From Mobula hypostoma (Eukaryota): a stretch of DNA of 64,000 bases. The stretch covers positions 197,100,001 through 197,164,000 of the forward strand of contig NC_086097.1 of NCBI RefSeq assembly GCF_963921235.1, given 5' to 3'. A program made the position numbers and the translations under genes. The notes under the pieces are model-generated. The model ran no database searches. It worked only from the letters and a program-made list of their open reading frames with translations, and had not been told where the DNA came from. Shown here one piece after another: positions 13,801-25,800 of this stretch (the stretch's first letter is position 1; each line of letters begins with the position of its first letter).

Positions 13801-16800
13801 TGTCTTCCAAGGGCAAGCCAGTTTTGGATCCAAACGGCCAATTCATGATGGATCCCATGCATTTCAATCTTCTGGACAAGCTGGCCATGAGGGATCTTGT
13901 CAAGCACCTTATTTGTAAGCAACATCCAAGCTCTACCTTCATTAATCACCCTGGACATCTTATGAAAGATCTCAATCAAGTTAATAAGACACAACTTGCC
14001 CCATATAAAGCCATGCTGGCTTTTCCTAATTAGGCCATGTTTCCCCAAATGCTCATATATCCTATCCCTAAGAATTCTCTGCAGTAACTTCCCTACCACT
14101 GACATGAGATTCACCAGTCTATAGTTTCCAGGATTATCCCTAGTTTCCTTCTTGAATAATGAAACATTATGAACTAGCTTCCACTAAAGTAGTTAGAACA
14201 AAATAGCAATTAGAAAATTAAAATTAAAAAAAAGTGAATGAACTATCATTATTGTTTAATCATAGGGAAAGACTGATTACAAATATTTTACTATCTATTA
14301 TTTCTGTTACTATCAAGATGTTTAACTGAAAAACAGAAATTCACTTGCACAAAATGCTGAACATGTGACAATTCAGGATAACAGTATGGTTATTGGCATA
14401 TGATTACAAGGATCCAGCAGCAAGGAAAAAGGATTTTCAAGGATTATTCCAGAACTGAGAAGTTTCAACAAACAGGAAATAATGAACCAACTGTTGTTAA
14501 TTTTTTTGGGAAATTGAAGCTGTAGAAGACAAAATAAAGGATTTCAAAATTACTAAGAGGTCTGATAATCAGGTGGTGTAGTAACATTTCCACTTATGGG
14601 ATTGCCAAATTGTAAGTACAAATATGATAGTCACAAAAAATTCAGGAGAAGTTATTTAACCAAAGTGATTGGGATATGGAATTCATTATCACAGTTTAAC
14701 ATCTTTAATACTTATAAATGATACAGAAAATAGATGCAAGCAGTATTGGAAGTCATCTGCTGGGAAGAGACTTGTGTAAAGCCACACTACAAAGGAGGAT
14801 TACCTGGGTCAATAATACGTTTTGTTTTTGATGCAAATTCTACATAACTGCATAAAAATATTTAAACACGTATTATTCAAGAAAGGCTCAAAAATTTCTG
14901 TGGTTAGTAAAAAGTTAAAATTATTCGTACCAAGTTGTAGGAGGTTCCTCGTCACCTGTCTCTCCCTCTTCAACTTCCATTCCATCTTCTCTGTCTTCTG
15001 TGTGCTGCAAATTCTCAAAATATAGCAAAGTTATTCAATAATCACACATAATTAAGATTATTCTGATAGTTCCATAACTTCCTCATCCAAGGTAACACTC
15101 ACCTTCAGACCCAGGGTACTATCCTGTTCATTGGTATTAAACACAGTAACATTTTCAAGGTTAAACTGGCTTTGCAGATTGAGGCCTGAAATAAAACACA
15201 ATCAAGAATCATGTCGCAATAAATGGTTCAGTGAAGCTTAATCTGTGACTCTTAGAAATGTTGTAACCTTATTTTTCTTCATAACATGCTACAAACTGTT
15301 GGATTCAGGTGTTTAAATCCAAGGTTCTTTTCGAAGTCAGGAACAAAGCACAAAACTTATTGCTTCATGATTGTTTTATTAAGAGTTGGTAGAACAAAGA
15401 GAACAGGAACAGAAGTGACATGGGTCTTACTACAGGAAGAGGACCTAAAGAAAAAAGGCACAGAATATCTACTTTTATACCATAGAAATAATAGAAAAAT
15501 TCCGTTCTAATTTATAAATATTAATAATAAAATTTAAAAATGCTTAATTCAATACTGCAGTAAAATGTTAACCAATGAGAAAACTCTATCTACTTAATGA
15601 AAGACAAATAAAATTTAGAATTATACACTGACAGGCACACCAAACAGTTATATATACAAAGGCTACTTAAGCTAATAAGATAATAAACTCCAAGGTTACA
15701 TGTTGTATTGGAGGGATAGAACGGTTGGCAGATGGGATGGCGTGGCTCTGCAGGCAAAGAATGGCATCAAATCAGTAGAAAGATGTGATGTAAGATCAGC
15801 AGATGTTGAATCCTTGTGGGTTGAGTTGAGAAACTGCAAGGGTAAAAGGACCCCGATGGCAGTTATATACAGGTCTCCCAACAGTAGCTGGGATGCGGAC
15901 CACAGATTACAACAGGAAATAGAAAAGGTGTGTCAAAAGGGCAATGTTATGATAGTCATGGGAGATTTCAACATGCAGGCTGACTGATGAAAATCAGGTT
16001 GGAAATGGATCTCAAGAGGATGAATTTGTTGAATGCCTACAAGATGGCTTTTTAGAGCAGTTTGTCATTGAGCCTACTAGGGGATCAGCTATACTGGTAT
16101 GGGTGTTATGTAATGAACCAGAGGTGATTAGGAAGCTTCAGGTAAAAGCACCATTAAGAATCAGTGATCACAATATGATTGCGTTCAACTTGAAATTTGA
16201 TAGAGAGGAAGTAAAGTCTAATTTAACAGTATTTCAGCGGTATGAGAGAGGAGTTGGCCTAAGTAAAATGGAAGGAGATACTGGCAGGGATGACAGCAGA
16301 ACAGGAATGGCATGAGTTTCTAGCAAAAATGAGAAGGTGCAAAATTTAGGTATTCCACAAACAAAGAAATACTAAAATGGCAAAATAGTATAACCATGGC
16401 TGGCAAGGGAAGTCAAAACTAATGTAAAAACAAAAGAGAAGGCACATAACAAAACAAAAATTAGTGGGAAGACAGAGGATTGGAAGCTTTTAAAACTCTG
16501 CAGAGAGCAACCAGAAGAATTATTAAGGAGGGAAAAGATGAAATATGAAAGCAAGCTAGCAAACAATATCACAGTGGATACTAAAATGTTTTTCAAGTAT
16601 GTAAAAAAAATAGAAGAGAGATGAGAGTGGATATAGGACAACTAGAAAATGAGGCCAGAGAAATAACAACGGAGGCCAAGGAGATGGCAGATGAACTAAA
16701 TGAGCATTTTGCATCAGTCTTCACTGTGGAAGACACTAGCAGTGTGCCAGATGTTGCAGGGTGTGAGGGAAGAGAAGCAAGTGCAGTTACAAGGGAGAAG

Positions 16801-19800
16801 GTGCTCAAAATGCTAAAAGACCCAAGGGTACATAAGTCACCCGAGCCAGATGAATTGCACCCGAGGGTTCCGAAAGATTGTGGAGGCACTAGTAATGATC
16901 TTTCAAAAATCATTGGACTCCAGCATGGTACCAGAGGACTGGAAAATTGCAAATGTCAATCCACTCTTTAAAAAAGGAGGAAGACAGCAGAAAGGAAATT
17001 ATAGACCAGTTAGCCTGACCTCAGTGGTTGGGAAGGTGTTGTAATCAATTGTTAAGGATGAAGGTTGATGGAGGAGCAGGTAGTGTTGAGGAAACAGGAT
17101 GGCTGCAGAAGAACTTAGACAGATTAGGAGAAGGGGCGTGAGACGAGCAAATGAAATACAATGTTGGAAAATGCATGGTCATGCACTTTGGTAGAAGAAA
17201 TAAATGTGCAGACTATTTTCTAAACTGGGAGAAAATCCAGGGATCTGAGATGCAATGGAACTTGGGAGTCCTTGGGCAGAACACCCTGAAGGTTAATTTG
17301 TAAGTAGAGTCAGTGGTGAAGAAGGCAAATGCAATATCAGCATTCATTACAAGAGGTCTAGAATACAAGAGGAGGGATGTGATGCTGAGGTTTTATAAGA
17401 CAATGGTGAGGCCTCACCGAATGTTTGGTGGCTCTGGTTCTGTACTCACTAGGATTTAGAAGGATGGGGGTGGGGAGGGGAGGGATCTCATTAAAACCTT
17501 TCGCACGTTGAAAGGCCGAGACAGAGTAGATGTGGAAAGGATGTTACCCATGGTGGGTGAGTGTAGGACAAGAGGGCACAGCCTCAGGACAGAGGGGCGT
17601 CCATTTAAAACAGAGATGTGGATAAATTTCCTTAGCCAGAAGGTGTTGAATTTGTAGAATTTCTTACCACATGCAGCTATGGAGGCCTGGTCATTAAGGC
17701 AGAGCTTGATCGGACACAGCATCAAAAGGTTACAGGGAGAAAGTCAGGGAGTGGGGCTGAGGAGAGGGAAAATGGATCAGCCATAATTTGAATGGCGAGC
17801 AGACTCAATGGGTTAATTCTGCTTCTATGCCTTTTGGTATTATAATTGATTTTTAAGCTGTAAAGAAAACGACAATTTAACAGCTGGATCAAACAACACT
17901 GATGATTTAAGTACAGCAAATGGGTTGGCTCGGGATGGAAGGAATAGACAATCCTATCAATTGTGTCCAGTCGTCATTCTTAGACATTAGATAGCAGAAA
18001 CCTGTTTAGTTGAGGACTAACCAATCAGGAGCGATGGAGAATGGAAGTTGAGTATATGTACCACTGGACTAGACATGCTGAGGCATCATCCCCGATGAAG
18101 ATGGTGGAGCTTGTCATCAAAATGTCAGTTAAAATCAATGCATGAACATGGCTGGAAGCCCGAGAACAGTTTATGCATCCATATACAATTTTTATGTACA
18201 TTTGTACAATGGCTTTAAGTAGAAGACTCAGTACAAGATATTCAAGTTTACTGAGAAAATGAAGAGGAGGCAAATTGACAGGACAGAAAGAGAAACATGA
18301 TAGAAGCATAAACACGAGGAAATCTGCAGATGCTGGAATTTCAAGCAACACACGTAAAAGTTGCTGGTGAACGCAGCAGGCCAGGCGGCATCTCTAGGAA
18401 GAGGTACAGTCGAAGTTTCGGGCCGAGACCCTTCGTCAGGACTAACTGAAAGAAGAGCGAGCAAGAGATTTGAAAGTAGGAGGGGGAGGGGGAGATCCGA
18501 GATGATAGGAGAAGACAGGAGGGGCAGGGATGGCACCAAGAACTGGACAGTTGATTGACAAAAGGGATATGAGAGGATCATGGGACTGGAGGCCTTCTGA
18601 TATGTCTATCCACGGCCTCCTCTACTGTAAAGATGAAGCCACACTCAGGTTGCAGGAACAACATCTTATATTCTGTCTGGGTAGCCTCCAACCTGATGGC
18701 ATGAACATTGACTTCTCTAACTTCCGCTAATGCCCCACCTCCCCCTCGTACTCCATCTGCTATTTATTTATATACATACACATTCTTATTCTCTCTCTCC
18801 TTTTTCTCCCTCTGTCCCTCTCACTATACCCCTTGCCCATCCTCTGGGTTTTCCCCCCTCCCCCTTTTCTTTCTCCCTGGGCCTCCTGTCCCATGATCCT
18901 CTCATATCCCTTTTGCCAATCAACTGTCCAGCTCTTGGCTCCATCCCTCCCCCTCCTGTCTTCTCCTATCATTTTGGATCTCCCCCTCCTCCTCCCACTT
19001 TTAAATCTCTTACTAGCTCTTCTTTCAGTTAGTCCTGACGAAGGGTCTCGGCCCGAAACATCGACTGTACCTCTTCCTAGAGATGCTGCCCGGCCTGCTG
19101 CGTTCACCAGCAACTTTTACATGATAGAAGCATGTTATGTCACTGAACAGTGAAGTGTTGATGAAGGGCAATGTGGAGAATTGTGAAATTATCCACTTTT
19201 TCCAGAATAATGAAAATCAGAATTTAAATTTGTGGCATATTAATAAATGGTGATAAAACAGTCAGATTTATGTACTAATATTTTTCTGGAAGAACAAGTA
19301 CAGAAAACAAATGGGAAGGAATACACTGTCCTTGTTTTAAGAAAGTTTCAGATCAAGTGCAAGAAGACTTTCTAAGTTTACATAAAAGGTAGGGTTTCGT
19401 GCAGTGACTAAATACAGCACCAGTAGTCCACAGAGAGAGTTGAAATCCCCTCATGAAAGCTATGGAATTTCAATTCAATTATCCTGGAATTTAATTAAAA
19501 GAGCAGCTAGTTATTAATGCCTCATGTAAATGATCAAATTTTTATTAAGAAATCCATCTGGTTCATTAATGCCCATTGGTGCAGAAAATCCGTCATTCTT
19601 AAATGGTCTTGTCTATGTGCAACTCATTGCCATGTGCTTTAACTCTCAAGTCTTCTGAAATACTATGACTAGCCATTCTGTTTAGGGCGAGGAAGAATAG
19701 TCAGTAAATAAACACAAGGAATTCTGCAATGCTGGAAATCCAAAACAACACACACAAAATGCTAGAGGAACTCAGCAAGTCAGTCAGCACCTATGGAAAT

Positions 19801-22800
19801 GAATAAACAGCCAACATTTCAGGCTGAGACTCTTCTTCAGTCCTGACTAAAGGACTGAAGGTGGCCCTCAGTCCAAAATGTCAACTGCTTATTCATTCCC
19901 ATGGTCAATAAGTACTTTCTTTCTCAACAATACTCACAATCCAAAAATAAGTGCACTTACAAAACACATGACCGAGTGTGTATAATTTGGAACTTATTAA
20001 TTTAGGAAGTATTATATGTATATATGTATGCGTGAAAGACAAATTCCCAAAATACAAATATTAAATAAACTGTACCCATAGATCTTGAGAGTCTAGAAGG
20101 AGAGAATCTCAGTGGCAAGCTCTCTATGCAGTTTACCTCCCCATGACCCTTCATATTCTCAAACATGGATTATCTTGTACCAAGTCCTCTTCTCGAACAC
20201 ATTAGTTCTTACAGAGTCAGAATCACAGAAGAGTACAGCACAGAAACAGACCCATCTAGTCTGTACTGAACCATTAAATTGCCTAAATTCATCGACTTGC
20301 ATCTGGACCATAGCACTCCACACCCCTGCCCCATAACTATCCAAACTTCTCTTAAGCATTGAAATCGAGGTAACATATATCACTTGTGCTGGCAGATCGT
20401 TCTACACTCTCAGCACTTTGAGTGAATGAATCTTCCTGACCAACCTTGCATGCAGAAACTTGTCAATGCCTTACTAAGGTCCATGTAGACAACATCCACT
20501 ACCTTGCTGTCATCAGCTTTCCTGGTAACTTGCTCAAAAAGCTCTACAGACTGGTTAAACATGACCTACCAAGCACAAAGCCATGCTGACTATTGCTGAA
20601 ATGTCCCTGATAATCGAAATACTCAAATACCTGCTCCCTTAGAATACGTTCTAATAACTTTTACACTGTTGATGTCAGACTCACTGACCTATAATTTCCT
20701 GGTTAATATTTAAGACCTATCTTAAACTGCGGAACATCATCAGCTATCCTCCCATCCTTTGACACTTCACGTGTCACTAACGACGATTTAAATACCTCTG
20801 CTCAGGTTCCTGCAATTCCTACATGTGCCTCCCGTAGGGTCCGAGGGAACACCTTGCCAACCTCTGGGGATTTATCTACCCTAATTTGCCTCAAGACATC
20901 AAGCACCTCCTCCTCTGTAATCTGTACAAGGCCCATGATCTCACTGCTGTTTTGCCTCAACTTATAGATTCTGTGTCTGCCTCCCGAGTAAACAGAGATG
21001 CAAAAAATCCATTTAAGATCCTGCCCATCTCTTTTGGCTCCACACATAGAGATTACCATTCTGATCTTCCAGAGCACCAATTTTGTCCCTTGCAATACCT
21101 TTGCTCTTATCATTTCTGTAGAAGCTCTTAGGATTCTCCTTCACCTTGTCTGCTAGAGCAAATTCACACCTTCTTTTAGCCCTCCTGATTTCTTTTTTTT
21201 TAAGTATTGTCCTGCAATTTTTATACTCCACAATTACCTCAATTGCTCGACCTTCCTACACCTGCAATGCGCCTCTTTTTTTTCTTAACCAGGGTCTCAA
21301 TATCTCTTGAAAACCAAGGTTCACTAAACCCGTTATCTTTGCCTCTTATTCCAATAGGCACAGACAAGCTTCGTACTCTCAAAATTTCACATTTGAAGGC
21401 CTCCTACTTACAAAGTGCACCTTTGCCTGAAAACAGCTTGTCCCAATCCACACTTGCCAGATCCTTTCTGATACCATCAAAATTGACCTTCCTCCAATTT
21501 AGAATCTCAACCCATGGACCAGATTTATCTTTTTCCATATTTATTTTGAAACTAATGGCATTATAATCACTAGGTGCAAAGTGTTCCCTTACAGAACCTT
21601 GTGTCACCTGCAATGCCTTATTCCTCAATAAGAGATAAAGTACTACACTCTCTCATTGGAACTTTTATATACTGATTTAGGAAACTTTCGTGAACACATT
21701 TGACAAACTCGATCCCATTTAGTCCTCTTACAGTATGGGCGTCCCAGTCAATACGTAGAGAATTAAAAATCACCTGCTATAACAACCTTATGTTTCTTAC
21801 AACAGTCTGCAACCTCACTACAAATTTCTTCTTCTAAATCCAGCAGACTGTTGAGTGATCTACAGTATAGCCCCATTAATGTGGTTATACACATCTTATT
21901 CCTCAGTTCCACCCATAAAGCATCACTAGGCAAGTTCTCCAGTCTGTCCTGTCTGAGCACTGACGTGGCATTTTCCCTGACTAGTAACATCACTCCTCCC
22001 CCTTTAATCTCTCCCGCTCCATTGCATCAAAAAGAATGGAACGGAATACTGAGTTGCCCCTCCTGCAACCAAGACTCACTAATGGCTACAATATCACAAT
22101 TCCAAGTGTTGATCCATGCCCTGAGCTCATCTGCCTTTTGTACAATATTTCTTGCATTGAACACAAGTCACATCATGCTCAACCTTAATATTCTGGGGTT
22201 TGGTTCGTTTTGTTTTGATGCAATAGAGCGGGAAGGATTAAAGGGGTAGGAGTGGTTTTACTAGTCATGGAAAATGCCACATTAGTGCTCCCCATTAGTG
22301 CTCAGTCACGACAGACTGGAGAACTCATCTAGTGAGGTTTTATGGGTGGAATAAGATACGTATGACTTCGTCTGAGGTCTTAACAACATCTGCCTCCAGA
22401 ACCTCTCTACTCACTGGTCTGGCACTCTGGTTCCCATCCTTCTGCAATTCTAGTTTAAATCCCTCAGTGCAGTACTAGCAAACCTTCCTACTAGTACCTC
22501 CCCCCCAGTTCAGATGCAAACCGCCCCTTCTGCACAGGTCCCACATTCCCTGGAAAAGAGCCCAATGATCCAAAAATCTGATGCCCTTCCTCCTATTCCA
22601 GCTCTTAAGCCAAATGTTGAACTGTATGATCTTCATATTTTTGGTCTCACTAGCATGCAGCATGGGTAACAATCCTGAGATCACAATCCTGGAGGTCCTG
22701 TCCTTTAACTTGGCACCTAATTCCCTGAACTTACTTTGCAGAACTTCATCTCTCTCTCTCTTACCAATGTCATTGGTACCTACATGGATCACAACCTCTG

Positions 22801-25800
22801 GCAGCTCATCGTCCCATTTCAGAATGCAGGGGACTCAGTCCAAGATGTTCCAGACCCTGGCACCCAGGAGGCAACATACCATCCAGGAATCACAGTCTCA
22901 TCCACAGAACCTCATTTCTGTTCCCATAACTAACACATCTCCTATCACTACAGCTTGCCTCTTCTCCCCGCTTTCCTACAAGGCAAACAGTTTGGCAAAG
23001 AGAAATGTGGGACACCTGGTACCATCTGTGAGAATAAAGAGACGAACATATATTGTACACTGAGCATATGAAATTTGGTGAGCATGAAGAATCAAAAACA
23101 ATAAAGCAGAAAAGGAGTGTGATGTCTGAGGTCATCAGCACAATTAGAAAGAGAGGTATTAAGTGCTGGGAGCTTTCAGAAATCTCAGATTGAGCCATAA
23201 CCCTCATATAAAGGAAGCTGGTGATGGAATCTGAATGACAAACAGATTTTGTAGAAGATTTCCAATTACTATTTTGCCTGTAACTTTCTGAATGGACAGT
23301 CAACATAAAAGTTCTATCCTACTATACAGCCATTATGAAGGTTCATAAAGATAAATGGAAATTCTTTTCTTGCAATTCTAATTTCGTACCTGACTTTTCT
23401 GATAATGGAAATAATCTTGCAAGGAATAGCTGGATTCTTCCACAGAAAACAGTGTTCTGTGACTTGGAAAGTCTTCTTAGGAGATCTGAAAAATTATTAC
23501 AGATAAAATTTAAATAAGTACTTCAAAATTTAAAGTTCAAAGTAGATTTATTATCAAAGTACATGTCACCATATACAACCTTGAGTTTCATTTTCTTGCA
23601 GGCATACTTACAATAGCACAGTAGTACATGCAAGTAGGAGATTATGGGCTAGTAAAATGACATAGTTCCATGTTGCTTTGGTATTATAAAATAAAATTAT
23701 GTAGCCAAATTAATTTTTTGTAGCAAATTGTTTTTGCTTGGTTACTTCATCAAATGACTACAATTGCACCTCAAGACAGGAGAATTTGGACGATAACATG
23801 CACTGATACACCAAATTGCAAAGCTCAACTTCAAAAACATGACACACTGGGATGAGGGTGCATGAGATCTTCACAAGATATAATGCAAGACAAATGTGTC
23901 ACAAGGAGACCAGAATAAACGTGAATTTAACTAATCCAACAAAGTAAAATTACACAGAGAGTAATAGTCTGTTGAATGTAAATTAACACCAAGTTGTAAC
24001 AGAATAATTACAAATTTTAATGGAGTTATCCTTGGTCTTGCATATTTCAGCCATTATTTTTAACATTCTCCAGCTAAATTTAGAAGCACACAATTCCAAT
24101 AATAATTTTAACAACAATGATCCTCAGTATTTCATGGTGGTCAGTTTTAATTGTTCCGAGCCTTTCCCATTTTACACAAACCTTGTACCACAGAGCACAG
24201 TTGAGGACACAAGATTATGAAGGTCACCAATTAAGAGTACCAGTGTTACACTGGTTGCAGGCAGATAATCTGGGTCAGAACAAGTAAACTAAATTTATCA
24301 AGGTGCTAATAAAGTATTAAACAAGTAAATTAAGAGTAGAACACTGAGCTAGAGCATCGAGATAGTTTTGAAACACCAAGGGTCACATCTCCGAAGCAAG
24401 AAAATTTTATGACAGAATGCGCAATAAGAAATGATCCTCCCCAAACACCATTCAAGGAGCAACTCAGTCTGTAAGAAACCAAAGAATAATGACGACAGAA
24501 GACAGAAAAAAGAATTTTATTGATCCCTATTAGGAAAAAAATACAGTGCATTCCAGTTAATTGGGACATATCAGAGCCAGTACATTTTGGCCCAATTGAG
24601 CAGCTGCCAAAGTTTCATGGAAATGCTTAAAAAGGTCAAAAAAAGACAAACTGCTATTAAGCCGAGTTACAAATTATGTATTTATATAAAATACAGAACA
24701 AATTAGAACGCTACCAATCACAAACAAGAGAAAAATGTACAGATGCCTGAAATCCGAGCAACACACACAAAATGCTAGAGGAATTCAGAAGGCCAGGCAG
24801 CATCTAGGAAAAGAATAAAGTCAATGTTTCGACCCGAAATAATGGTAGAATGCTACCAATACCACTATAGCAGGGGTCTCCAACCTTTTCTGCACTGCGG
24901 ACCGGTTTAATATTGACAACATTCTTGCGGACTGGCCGACCCGGTGGGGGGTAGGGTTGCCAACGGACAAGAGTAGCAGTCAAGTATGTTGTATTTACCC
25001 AGAGAAAGACTACAATGACCATGAAGCCTTGCGCGGGCACCAGTGCGCATGCATGTACCTGCCGAGATATTTTTTCCTCTGCAAATCGGTTTTGGCGACA
25101 CTGTTCAGGGGGGGGAGTGTTAATCACGACCGGAAGATAGGTGATAAGTGGCTAATACACTCAATTTCATTTCTAAAAGGGTTTATCTAATGAATTTAAC
25201 ACACAGCGTATATTTTCCTCGCATGAATATAGCGATACGTCAATTATCAGGGGAGGATAGGGGACCTTGAAGAAAGTGTTGAACGAACTTCCAGTAGAAG
25301 TGGTAGAAGCAGGTTCGACATTATCATTTAAAGAAAAATTGGATAGGTATATGGACAAGAAAGGAATGGAGAGTTATGGGCTGAGTGCAGGTCGGTGGGA
25401 CTAGGTGAGAGTAGCGTTCGGCACGGACTAGAAGGGCCGAGATGGTCTGTTTCCATGCTGTAACTGTTATATGGTTTTATAAGTCAATAGCATCGTAACA
25501 TTTGGATATTAAACACACAGCACATATTTTCCCCGTATGAACATATAAAATCATTGCAACACACCAATATCGCTGAATCAGTGGGAGCCCTGGGCTTGTT
25601 TTCCTGAAACAAGACGGTCCTATCGAGGGGTGATGGGAGACAACGATACTTGAACGGGGTTCCTTATGTCCAGTCTATTCCGCAATTTAGTTTTCGTTGC
25701 ATTCATTGCACAGATATGTTGGAAATGGAAGCAACGTTTTCAGTGCTTTCGTGGCTATCTCAAGATATTTAGCCTTGACTTTGATCCAGAATGCCGGCTG

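Larger units (their letters stand above)
18310..19118. mobile_element. Penelope element with inverted 5' terminal copy (fold-back), 15-bp TSD
   Basis: Minus arm ~18310-18595 and plus arm ~18596-19118 (GIY-YIG end LGSLQPDGMN + 3' region); perfect TSD ACATGATAGAAGCAT at 18295-18309 and 19119-19133. Confidence 0.92.
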
